Source: a virus. Taken from it: a stretch of DNA of 64,000 bases. The DNA is taken from the IMG/VR virus record IMGVR_UViG_3300028920_000062, positions 14,982 to 78,981 of that record; one strand, written 5' to 3'. Made by a program: the position numbers and the translations under genes. This document shows positions 9,564 to 18,385 of this stretch, piece after piece. How positions within the stretch are numbered: position 1 is the stretch's first letter; the number at the start of each line of letters is the position of its first letter. The notes under the pieces are model-generated. The model saw nothing but the letters and a program-made list of their open reading frames with translations, had not been told where the DNA came from and did not search any database.

Positions 9564-10069
9564 TGGCTATTAGCTGCAATGATATCCGAGACTGGATGAT
9601 TATTTGTGAACTCTTGGGAGGATGTGGTTCTCAGGGCGGGACTGGAGATAATCTCATAGTTGATGGCGGAATGTTGTGGGTGTATGATGAAGTTCGTGGT
9701 AAGTGGCTGAGCTCAAGTCGAATTACTGCCATTTCTGGTCGCAAAGGTCGAGTAAAGAACGGATATCTTAGATTAATTGATGGTCAGACAAGCAATTTGA
9801 CTGGCTATAGGATGACTCGAGCAGGTGTGCTTACCTCTTTGTCAGCCCAAACTAGAACCGATGAAACCTGGATATTAAGAGTGCGGAACAATGGAACAGA
9901 TGTTACTAGCCTGAATGTTGTAGCAGCTTCAGGTGCACACAATAGATCCTTAAATATTAACGTAGAGGAAGGAGATCTGATTGAGTTTTATGCAGATACA
10001 ACTGCCTTTCTTGGGATCAGAGATCCTTTCGTATGGGCAGAGATTGCATGGAGGAATGATAGTCTTTAA
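9563..10069 (+). CDS. Fibre-tip-like virion protein, paralogue of the C-terminus of 10086-11588
   Basis: LWVYDEVRGKWLS...GYRMTRAGVLT...VEEGDLIEFY...EIAWR aligns with LYVYDGTRGKWLS...GIRMLRDGTIT...VSQGDEIQFY...EVAWR. Confidence 0.6.
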   Translation: MAISCNDIRDWMIICELLGGCGSQGGTGDNLIVDGGMLWVYDEVRGKWLSSSRITAISGRKGRVKNGYLRLIDGQTSNLTGYRMTRAGVLTSLSAQTRTDETWILRVRNNGTDVTSLNVVAASGAHNRSLNINVEEGDLIEFYADTTAFLGIRDPFVWAEIAWRNDSL

Positions 10070-10085
10070 AGGAGGTTAGTATTTA

Positions 10086-11588
10086 ATGGCTGATCTATTG
10101 TATGTACGCGGTGCCTCTGCTGATGTTGCTGTCGATGATCTAGGCATAACTGTTGCCCAGGGCCCTTCTTGGACCCAGCTGATGGCTTCGTCTCCGGGCG
10201 ATGCCGATGGTAGTTCTGGTCAGTTTACAGCGCGAGAGATCCGCGATTCTGCCGATCTAACCGCAGCTATTACTGGTGGAAGTCTCGAGTGGTCGAGGGA
10301 TGGAGCGGTTGCCGAGTCAGGTGGCGACTATGTTGCAGACTATGTCCTCTTGCAGGATTTCACTGACGATATATTTGATATGTCAAATGGAGGACTTGTT
10401 CTTCCGCAGGACACCTCTCTTCCAGCCAGTGGAGTTAGCGGTCAAGCGTTCTGGGATACAGATGATACAAATCTGTATATTTGGGACGGATCACAATGGC
10501 AGACAATTGCTGTTGGTGAACAGGATCATGGTGACTTGAGTGGTCTCGACGATGACGATCACCCACAGTATCTGCTTCTAGATGGTGATGGTACCAGAAA
10601 TACTGTTTCTGGTGTCATTGATATGAGCAGCGGCGATGAGTTCATTTTGCCTCAGTCTACTGATGTATCATTGAACCTAACCGGTCACGAAGGTGCTCTA
10701 GCCTGGGATACAGATGACGAAGTTTTGTATGCTCATGACGGCACACAGTGGTTTGCAATTGCTCCTGCTTCAGGAATTATTACCGACCACGGTGGTCTTA
10801 CTGGTTTAGGTGACGATGACCATACGCAGTACTTGAATGAGACTCGTCACGATGCCTTGCCAGCCGATAACCCACATAGTGTGACGTTCACGCAGGCTGT
10901 AAGTGCTGATACTGGGACAGATATCACTGCTGCCGAAGCAGAGACTCTGACAGATGGTAGTAATGCAGACCTACTTCACGTTCATGATTATGCACCTTCT
11001 GTTCATACTCATGACCACGGAGCAGACCTTACAGGCCTAGAGGATGACGACCATCCGCAGTACACCGAATGGAACGACACTGAAACAGTTTCAGGTCTAT
11101 GGACCTTTGATGGTCCTGCTGATTCTCCATCTTTTGTTCTTGATCCGGAGACAAGTGCTCCTTCTTCGAACCTAACTGATGGTGCTATCAGCTACATCAA
11201 TGATGTTCTCTATGTTTACGATGGTACTCGAGGAAAGTGGCTATCTGTAGACAGAGTGAGCTATACTGCGGCGAGAAATAAGCGTAATTCGTCAAATATC
11301 TATATGCGTGTATCTGATGGTGTTCCAACCAGTGTTACTGGAATCAGGATGTTGAGAGACGGAACTATTACTGGTATCTTCGCACAAACCGAAGGAGCCG
11401 AAAGTTGGACCTTTGAGGTGAGGCGAGCTGGTTCTGTTATCGCATCTCTGGTTATCAGTGCTGCAACTGGTGGACAGGATACAACCATTGACGTAGATGT
11501 AAGCCAAGGTGACGAAATCCAGTTCTATTGCAATGGAACTGGCATTGCCTATCCGGTGGGTGGCATTGAAGTTGCTTGGCGAGAATAA
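10086..11588 (+). CDS. Head/neck fibre protein with His-Asp repeats
   Basis: Three DHG.L.GL.DDDH.QY repeats (10524-10571, 10785-10832, 11013-11063) alternate with three LY..DG..W beta modules. Confidence 0.6.
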   Translation: MADLLYVRGASADVAVDDLGITVAQGPSWTQLMASSPGDADGSSGQFTAREIRDSADLTAAITGGSLEWSRDGAVAESGGDYVADYVLLQDFTDDIFDMSNGGLVLPQDTSLPASGVSGQAFWDTDDTNLYIWDGSQWQTIAVGEQDHGDLSGLDDDDHPQYLLLDGDGTRNTVSGVIDMSSGDEFILPQSTDVSLNLTGHEGALAWDTDDEVLYAHDGTQWFAIAPASGIITDHGGLTGLGDDDHTQYLNETRHDALPADNPHSVTFTQAVSADTGTDITAAEAETLTDGSNADLLHVHDYAPSVHTHDHGADLTGLEDDDHPQYTEWNDTETVSGLWTFDGPADSPSFVLDPETSAPSSNLTDGAISYINDVLYVYDGTRGKWLSVDRVSYTAARNKRNSSNIYMRVSDGVPTSVTGIRMLRDGTITGIFAQTEGAESWTFEVRRAGSVIASLVISAATGGQDTTIDVDVSQGDEIQFYCNGTGIAYPVGGIEVAWRE

Positions 11589-11592
11589 TAAA

Positions 11593-11625
11593 TAGGTAGA
11601 GGGCGGTTAATCCCGCCCCTACTTA
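11593..11625 (+). terminator. GC-rich hairpin (weak terminator or processing site)
   Basis: GTAG-A-GGGCGG-TTAATC-CCGCCC-CTAC lies just after the stop codon and has no U tract. Confidence 0.45.
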
Positions 11626-11637
11626 CAAAGAGGACTT

Positions 11638-12363
11638 ATGGCACTCAGAGTAACTACAACTGGATCTGACGTAGTTCTGGACGACTTGGGGATTACCGTT
11701 GTCCATCCAACCAATAATCGTGATCTCCGCTTAGAGTTTACTTCTATTGAGCTCAGAGACTCTGCTAACCTTACTGACGCAATCCAACTAGGAGATCTGT
11801 TGGTAGATGATGGGACCTATCCTATAGCTGCAGAAGATTATGACCCTGATGAGATGCTTCTCCAGGAACTGAACGTAACGTCTGATCAGAAAAATACAAG
11901 CAAAAACGAACTCTTGTCTGCTGGAGATATAGCCATTGTAGATGGTGAATTTCCTATTGATCTAAATAGTACAGCAGCTTCTACCCGTAATATTTATTCT
12001 CTTGATGGCAAATGGATTACTTGGGGACTTGAAGCGGGCGATATTGTCGAGGTTGCGGGGAACGCAGCAGCAGGAACTTACACAGTAGAGTCCGTGACAG
12101 ATCAGCAGAACTTCGTTGTAGCTGAAGGTGTTTTAGATAGCACTGGTGGGACAGTCACGATTTATCATCCCTCAGCTTCTACTAAAATCGGCGTGGATAG
12201 TTCTAGCCTAAACTATAGCTCTTCCAGTACGCTACAAGAGGTGCTGGAGGACTTGAATAATGTAGCAAGCTTTCAACCTAACAGGATGATTATGGAAACC
12301 GACGGAAAGCTGGTATATATTGGAGATGGCGATATCTGTCTGACAGAGATATATATCCCATAA
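11638..12363 (+). CDS. Virion accessory protein; N-terminus paralogous to 10086-11588
   Basis: DVVLDDLGITV...FTSIELRDSANLTDAI versus DVAVDDLGITV...FTAREIRDSADLTAAI. Confidence 0.55.
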   Translation: MALRVTTTGSDVVLDDLGITVVHPTNNRDLRLEFTSIELRDSANLTDAIQLGDLLVDDGTYPIAAEDYDPDEMLLQELNVTSDQKNTSKNELLSAGDIAIVDGEFPIDLNSTAASTRNIYSLDGKWITWGLEAGDIVEVAGNAAAGTYTVESVTDQQNFVVAEGVLDSTGGTVTIYHPSASTKIGVDSSSLNYSSSSTLQEVLEDLNNVASFQPNRMIMETDGKLVYIGDGDICLTEIYIP

Positions 12364-12373
12364 GGAGTTAGTA

Positions 12374-13303
12374 ATGGCCCTTCACAAGACTCTACCTATT
12401 ACTGAACTACATAGGATACAGTCATTATCTTATGCCAATCAGTCTGCTCGAGAAGGGGCCTCTGGCCTTACTGCAGACGACGTAGGTCGAGTGGCTATCC
12501 AAACTGACGATAGTAGCTTTTATGTATTGGCTGATCACTCTCCCGTTACTTGGGTGCAAATTACTGGTTCTGACCTAGATGATACAGACGATCTGCCAGA
12601 AGGGTCAACTAATCTGTATTATACAGAGGCGCGTGTATCTGCAAATAGCGACGTTGCGGCTAATACAGCTAAGGTTAGTGCGGACGGTTCAGTTACTACG
12701 CATAACGACGTTACTAGTGCGGGATCAGGGCAGATCATCACCTCGGCCGAGCGGTCGAATATCGGTCTCAATACAACACACCGAGGCTTAACCAATAACC
12801 CTCATAGTACAGACGTGGGAAACTTGGGCTCTGGCACTCTAGCTGAGCTCAATGCTGCAATCACTGATGCTACTCTTGATGATTCTAGTGATCCTAGAGA
12901 TCCCAATGCTCATACCCATACCAAGTCTGAAGTCACAGATCTTTTTGATGAATATGGTTCTGACGAGACCTCTTCTACTTCAACTGCTGCTGGATTTGAA
13001 CAGGCCTATAGGTTTACCACTTCATCTTTGACTGCAGACACTTATGAGATTAGTTGGTATTGTGAGGCCAAGAACGATACTTTGAATGGAATTACTCGAG
13101 TACGTGTCCAGTTAGACGACACAACTGATCTCGGATTTGCGGATATTGCAATTACCGTGAATACGACAGTAGACTTTCCTATGGCAGGTAGTATCCAGGT
13201 AGCTCTTGGTGCTGGTACGCACACAATAGATATAGATTTCTATCCGTTTACCGGCACCACCGCCGAAGTTAGACGCAAGAGAGTCGCTGTGAGGAGAATC
13301 TAA
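12374..13303 (+). CDS. Fibre-like virion protein
   Basis: Fibre motifs LPEGSTNLYYTEARV, NNPHS and HTHTKSEVTDL, with a C-terminal beta-sandwich (LGAGTHTIDI). Confidence 0.55.
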   Translation: MALHKTLPITELHRIQSLSYANQSAREGASGLTADDVGRVAIQTDDSSFYVLADHSPVTWVQITGSDLDDTDDLPEGSTNLYYTEARVSANSDVAANTAKVSADGSVTTHNDVTSAGSGQIITSAERSNIGLNTTHRGLTNNPHSTDVGNLGSGTLAELNAAITDATLDDSSDPRDPNAHTHTKSEVTDLFDEYGSDETSSTSTAAGFEQAYRFTTSSLTADTYEISWYCEAKNDTLNGITRVRVQLDDTTDLGFADIAITVNTTVDFPMAGSIQVALGAGTHTIDIDFYPFTGTTAEVRRKRVAVRRI

Positions 13304-14964
13304 TGCCGACTATCAGCTATACAATATCTTCAGACTTTACATCCCTGGTGGGAGACGATCCATATCTCAAAGAACTAGAGGAAGAGATTCGTGCCTCCTC
13401 AGAGAGTGGGCTAGTTAGCAAGTTTCTCTATACAGAGCTGACTCCACCTGCTTCTCCGACTACCTGTGTGGTCTATGTTTCGTCCGCTCTTTCTGGAGCC
13501 GAGGATACGGAGCTCGATTCTATTATTGCAGCACATGAGGGATATGTAACAATTCCCAATCCTCCAGGACCTCCAGGTGAACCGAGTGGCGTCGCCCAGC
13601 TCGACGAGAACGGTGAGGTCCCAGCAGAGCAGATATCAGAGGCGAGTGTCACGCAGCACGAGAGCGCCATCGACCACGACAACATCGCCAACAACGGGAC
13701 CAACACGCACGCTCAGATCGATTCCCACGTTGGAAGCTCCAGCAACCCTCATGGTGTGACCGCAGCTCAGGCTGGGGCCGATCCATCCGGGACAGCGGCC
13801 TCTGCGGTTTCAAGCCACGAGGCGGCGGGTGACCCCCACAGCCAGTACCAGAAGGAGTCCGAGAAAGGGCAGGCGAACGGGTACGCGAGTCTTGATGGAG
13901 ATGGTTTGGTTCCCGAGGACCAGCTCCCCGAAGGAACAGGTGGCGGTCCTCTCGTCAAGATGTTCCAGGGCGTCGATGTCACCGGAAACATGCAGGTCAC
14001 CAACACCGCGCAGGTCATCCCGTTGACCTTCGAGACCATCAAGGATGACTACTACGCTCATTCGACAACGGTGAACCCCGGCGAGATCGAGATCTTGGAG
14101 GAAGGCTGGTACCGCATCGTAGCCACCCTCTGCGTTGCTACGTTCGGGTCTGACGGAGGTACGCGAGGAAACCCGCAGCTCCACATCGACATCGATACCG
14201 GGTCTGGGTTCGTACAGCAGCCAGATAACCTTGGGGGCTATATCCGGGAGGACGGCTCTGAGTCGCTGTCTTGCACGATCACAGGCATCGGGATTTTCTA
14301 CTTCGAGGAGGGGGACAAGTTCCGGCTCACCGTAGTGGACTCTGTCACCAATGAACCCGACGAGCAGACGGTCCCCTACAGCTCACGCTGCCTGGTGGAG
14401 TACATTGACCGGACTGGCGCGGCCTCTGGAGTCGTCAACAACCTGAAGGACATCGGCGACGTCAACGCACCAGCTCCTTCGGATGGTCAGGCTCTCGTCT
14501 TCGACAATGCCACCAGCAAGTGGGTGGCGGGTGATGTCGGAAGCTCTGGCCTCGGAGACCTCGAAGAGGTAATTGTCTCCTCCGAGCGAAGCACGTCCAG
14601 TACAAGTTGGACGGACGTGTCCAGTGTTTCGATCACGTTCACACCAGCAGCTGGTGAGCGAGTCCTCGTCCATGCTCAAGGGGTCGTTCAGAGTTCAGGC
14701 TCCGCTGGCACGCGCGCCGAAGTGGACATCGCACAGAACAACAGCGGCTCCTTCGTGCTGTTGGGCGGTACCCGTGGCTCTCTATGGATCGAGTCTTTCA
14801 ACTCTGCTCAGGACTGGCCTTGGAGCATTACTCGGGTCATTGAGTTCAACAACGCGGTCTCGACCACCATCAAGCTCCAGTTCCGTTCGAGTGATGGTGC
14901 CGAGACTGTCGGGATGCTTGGTCAGCTCACCCCAATCGTCCTGCAAGTTCTTCGAGGAGTATAA
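13303..14964 (+). CDS. Fibre-like virion protein with GC-rich distal part
   Basis: Hinge motifs GVAQLDENGEVP and EKGQANGYASLDGDGLVPEDQLP, plus NPHGVT, DPHSQY and LKDIGDV..P.DGQALVFD...KW. Two C-terminal beta-sandwich domains. Confidence 0.6.
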   Translation: MPTISYTISSDFTSLVGDDPYLKELEEEIRASSESGLVSKFLYTELTPPASPTTCVVYVSSALSGAEDTELDSIIAAHEGYVTIPNPPGPPGEPSGVAQLDENGEVPAEQISEASVTQHESAIDHDNIANNGTNTHAQIDSHVGSSSNPHGVTAAQAGADPSGTAASAVSSHEAAGDPHSQYQKESEKGQANGYASLDGDGLVPEDQLPEGTGGGPLVKMFQGVDVTGNMQVTNTAQVIPLTFETIKDDYYAHSTTVNPGEIEILEEGWYRIVATLCVATFGSDGGTRGNPQLHIDIDTGSGFVQQPDNLGGYIREDGSESLSCTITGIGIFYFEEGDKFRLTVVDSVTNEPDEQTVPYSSRCLVEYIDRTGAASGVVNNLKDIGDVNAPAPSDGQALVFDNATSKWVAGDVGSSGLGDLEEVIVSSERSTSSTSWTDVSSVSITFTPAAGERVLVHAQGVVQSSGSAGTRAEVDIAQNNSGSFVLLGGTRGSLWIESFNSAQDWPWSITRVIEFNNAVSTTIKLQFRSSDGAETVGMLGQLTPIVLQVLRGV

Positions 14965-14967
14965 ATA

Positions 14968-15615
14968 ATGGCAGTATCTAAATATTCTTTTTCTGTTTCA
15001 ACTGACTTTCCGAACCAAAAAGCTAATATTGCTGGTTTGATTAAGGAGATCCAGGCTTCTTCTATTGTCACTGCGATTGATCATATTGATCTAAATGGTG
15101 ACGACTGTGATGTTTGGTTCAAAGCTGAGCTTTCAGCTGGAGATGAAACTACTCTTGGAACAGTGGTGGTAGCTCATACTGGAGAGCTTGTTTCAACTCC
15201 AAAGACCGATGAGGGCGTCCAGTATGTAACAATTCTTCCAGGCAAAAGTGGAAGAATGTTGCTTATTGAAGGTCTCCAGTTTGATGCACCTGCTGACGCA
15301 GACACAAACGGAGACCTTGTCTTATCTGAGACCCGAGAGATTCAGGGCGCGGTTGTTGAGGTAGCTAATGCTGAAAAGGGAGACTATGTTGAGCTTCAAG
15401 TCGTAGCTCCAGATGGACCTCCATATGAGGGAGCTGTAGTGGGACAATTTGCCATTACAGTCTACATCCCACCGAGCGGCAAGATCGACCCCATTGTATC
15501 TGAGAGTACAGCTTCATTCCCAGCCGGGTTCAAATTCAGGCTCAAGTATCATGCTGTTGCCGGAGGATCTACTCGAGAGGTCTATGTTGCGTTTAGAATG
15601 AGGCATGATGTCTAA
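14968..15615 (+). CDS. Virion accessory protein; N-terminus paralogous to 13303-14964
   Basis: YSFSVSTDF..LIKEIQAS..CDVWFKAELSAGDETTLGTVVVAHTG versus YTISSDF..LEEEIRAS..CVVYVSSALSGAEDTELDSIIAAHEG. Confidence 0.55.
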   Translation: MAVSKYSFSVSTDFPNQKANIAGLIKEIQASSIVTAIDHIDLNGDDCDVWFKAELSAGDETTLGTVVVAHTGELVSTPKTDEGVQYVTILPGKSGRMLLIEGLQFDAPADADTNGDLVLSETREIQGAVVEVANAEKGDYVELQVVAPDGPPYEGAVVGQFAITVYIPPSGKIDPIVSESTASFPAGFKFRLKYHAVAGGSTREVYVAFRMRHDV

Positions 15616-16054
15616 TTTTAAGGCTATAGCAGACAATATCAGAACTGCTGATATTCTGTTAGTTAGAATGAAGGACACTTTGTTTGCTGCTCAGGGATTT
15701 TGGGAGCATGCCTATATTTGGAATGGAAAGAAGCTGGTCGGGGTACACGGAGAATGGAAACTAACTGGAATTATGAAGGATCCCGCAGATGTGGGCCTGT
15801 TCAGAGTCGTGTATAATTTGGATGAGGAAGAAAAGAAAGTGCTACATAAAGCTCTTAGGTATTGCGCTTTCTTTCGTCAATGGTGGCCGGCTAGGCTCTG
15901 GAGATGGTTAACTGGAAAAGATAAGGTATTTACTAATTCTGAGTTAATCGCTAGAGCTTTCAATAAGATAGATCGCAGATTCAACGATAATCCTGTTTGT
16001 GAGATGACACCCTCGGATTTTGATAAAAGCGGGATTACTGTTAGAATTGCTTAA
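15605..16054 (+). CDS. Permuted papain-like (NlpC/P60, YiiX/YaeF-like) protein, catalytic Cys apparently replaced
   Basis: DILLV...WEHAYI...FTNSELIARAF...TPSDF follows the family pattern GDILL..H..I..(Y)CSELV..A(Y)...P.D, with Asn where Cys is expected. Confidence 0.55.
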   Translation: MMSNFKAIADNIRTADILLVRMKDTLFAAQGFWEHAYIWNGKKLVGVHGEWKLTGIMKDPADVGLFRVVYNLDEEEKKVLHKALRYCAFFRQWWPARLWRWLTGKDKVFTNSELIARAFNKIDRRFNDNPVCEMTPSDFDKSGITVRIA

Positions 16055-16087
16055 CACAAGCTATAATCCCATCAGGAGGTAGGACCA

Positions 16088-17062
16088 GTGGCCACAAGAG
16101 GAGTACGCGCAGGCGAGACAATTGGACTGAGAGCACGGTTCAAGGATGATCTTGGCGAAAATGCTGAGGCTTCTGATGTCTATGTCCATATCTTTGATCC
16201 TACTGTAGAAGACTACGAAGACCTTAATAATGCTGAGGTAGTTTCTGGTGTAGCAAACTATTTGGGCGAGGGAATCTTTGAGTATATTTTTACTCCTCCT
16301 GATATTGATGGCATTTGGCATGACTTCTGGGAGGGAGAGCTGACCAGCCAAACCCTTTCTGGTCACTTTACTTTTGAGGTATCAGCCTCAGGACTTATCA
16401 ATTCACTAACTTCTCAATTAGCCGATAACAATGTCGTCCATGTAGAGATTCCTTCGGGCATACAGCCTGTTACAGGTTCAGCCCTCGAGAGTCCCTATGA
16501 GTTTGACTTCATGACCATAATCGACCCTGGCTACTCTAATGTACGCAAGGTGCGCCTAGAGATCGGTGCTTTTGTTAGCAATCTCTTTGATGACGTTATT
16601 CAGACTGCTATTCTTGAGGCATCTCTAGAAACTGATGTCATTACATTCTACACCGTAGACCAACAAACCGATGTATATCAGCATGCCAGACGGGAATATG
16701 TCACCTGTATGGCATCCGCTATCATGCTCAATAACATTGCGGCCGGTAGTCTTCGGAGCAAGACTCTAGCTGATCTTAGCGTAGAATACGACTCTTCGGC
16801 TCTACATAAGAACCTGGATAGGCTAAGAGAATGCATGGCTCGGTGGGAACCACAAGTTATTGCAGGAGGTCTAGCCAAAAAGATTACCCAGCCTAAGGGC
16901 GTAATCAAAGGTGAGTATGACCCAGATAGGCCTATCTTTAGTAGGCTCTGGCAGTCTCTAGATGACGGGACGGTATCTAGACGGATACCAGCTGCTAATA
17001 CTCGAGAACGCCCTCCCTTCAAGCGCAGGTACAAGACTACCTATAAAAAGAGGTACTGGTAA
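16088..17062 (+). CDS. Head-tail adaptor / neck protein with N-terminal Ig-like domain
   Basis: GTG start with AGGAGG. N-terminal GIFEYIFT..GIWHDFW beta domain, helical C-half with SKTLADLSVEY. First of three neck genes. Confidence 0.55.
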   Translation: MATRGVRAGETIGLRARFKDDLGENAEASDVYVHIFDPTVEDYEDLNNAEVVSGVANYLGEGIFEYIFTPPDIDGIWHDFWEGELTSQTLSGHFTFEVSASGLINSLTSQLADNNVVHVEIPSGIQPVTGSALESPYEFDFMTIIDPGYSNVRKVRLEIGAFVSNLFDDVIQTAILEASLETDVITFYTVDQQTDVYQHARREYVTCMASAIMLNNIAAGSLRSKTLADLSVEYDSSALHKNLDRLRECMARWEPQVIAGGLAKKITQPKGVIKGEYDPDRPIFSRLWQSLDDGTVSRRIPAANTRERPPFKRRYKTTYKKRYW

Positions 17063-17646
17063 TGGGTCTTTGGGATCGTAGATCTACTCCCGATAGAACC
17101 TTCGGTCCTACAGCTAGGACTGAGCCCGATATGCGCCAGGAGCTCAATAATATGTTCGATGGGACCTGGCAGGAAATTCCCAAGAAACAACCTGCACTTC
17201 TCCGAAAAATGAGAAGAGATGATAATGGCAATAAGATCGCCTGTCCGTGTGTCGATAGCCTTACAGGAGAAGCAGACGTAGATACATTTTGTCCTATTTG
17301 CCATGGAGAAAGGTGGATCTGGGACGAGATATGGGTAGACGTGTATATGGTTGAGCTCGGCAGTGATGTTGGCAAGGCTATTAGGGAGCAGCTAATTGCT
17401 CCTGGACACATGAATATCCCGCTCATGGTTTTTTACATGCGCTCGAGTGTAGAAATTACAAAAGATGATAAGGTAGTAGAGGTAGTTAGAGATGAGGCTG
17501 GCGATCCTGTTCTTCCTTACCGGAGATATAGGCTTTATCGTATCAATGCCCATATTGATTTGAGGGCAGATAATGGTAAACTTGAGTACTGGAAGCTTGA
17601 TTGTTATGTCGAAGAACGTAAGTTTCTCAACGGGGTGGAAGGCTAA
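17062..17646 (+). CDS. Head closure / neck protein with Zn-finger insert
   Basis: CPC...CPICHGERW motif and R.DNGKLEYW C-terminus; position between adaptor and tail terminator. Confidence 0.6.
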   Translation: MGLWDRRSTPDRTFGPTARTEPDMRQELNNMFDGTWQEIPKKQPALLRKMRRDDNGNKIACPCVDSLTGEADVDTFCPICHGERWIWDEIWVDVYMVELGSDVGKAIREQLIAPGHMNIPLMVFYMRSSVEITKDDKVVEVVRDEAGDPVLPYRRYRLYRINAHIDLRADNGKLEYWKLDCYVEERKFLNGVEG

Positions 17647-17648
17647 CA

Positions 17649-18362
17649 ATGTCAACGCTTCAGGATATATTGAGTGAGGATCAGGTCAAAGAAGAATCTC
17701 GGATCAAGGTGCATCGGCAGTACACTGAAATCGTTTCCGAAATTCGTGGCTCACATCCTGGCTTAGATAGATCCAAAACGCTTGGTAAGGCTAAATCTCT
17801 TCTGGAATTCTACGACTTAGTAGACCAAGCGATAGAGATGTATGAGACTAGAGCCAGTATTCCTGAGCAGTATCGGGTTAATTTCACTCAAGAAGAACCT
17901 GATTTTGCTTCAGAAACAGAAACGATAACCTTTAGTTTAGTAAAGAGAGAGCCTGGTGCGTTTAGCCAGGGTGCGCCGTTTCAGGGTGACATAAGAAACT
18001 TAAGACCAATTTTTAGAGAAGAAGGAGAAGACCCTGAGAATCCCGGATATCGGCAGATCACCACTGGTTACTTGTATGACAATATTGTTCGGTTCACTTG
18101 TTGGGCTAGAACTAATAAGGTCGCTAACCAGCGGGCTCAATGGTTTGAAGATTTGATGGAGGAGTATGTTTGGTGGTTCACCATGCAGGGGTGCCAGCGA
18201 GCAATTTATTATGGGCAAGAAAAAGATGTCGTTACAGTGGTTAACGAAAACAAATGGTACGGACGCCCGATTAACTTCTTCGTGAGAACTGAGAAACTGA
18301 GAGTTTTGAAGGAAAAGACACTAGAGGAAATCTATATAAAACTGGCTGTTGAAAGAGAGTAG
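17649..18362 (+). CDS. Tail terminator / completion protein (putative)
   Basis: DNIVRFTCWARTNKVAN..A.WFEDLM pattern; immediately upstream of the sheath gene. Confidence 0.55.
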   Translation: MSTLQDILSEDQVKEESRIKVHRQYTEIVSEIRGSHPGLDRSKTLGKAKSLLEFYDLVDQAIEMYETRASIPEQYRVNFTQEEPDFASETETITFSLVKREPGAFSQGAPFQGDIRNLRPIFREEGEDPENPGYRQITTGYLYDNIVRFTCWARTNKVANQRAQWFEDLMEEYVWWFTMQGCQRAIYYGQEKDVVTVVNENKWYGRPINFFVRTEKLRVLKEKTLEEIYIKLAVERE

Positions 18363-18385
18363 AAGCCTGTAAGGAGGATCCGTAA

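Noticed and set aside
14960-14967. TATAAATA, identical to the T4 late promoter
   Set aside because: It is formed by a Val codon, the stop codon and the spacer, ends directly before the next ATG, and is not repeated upstream of other genes.
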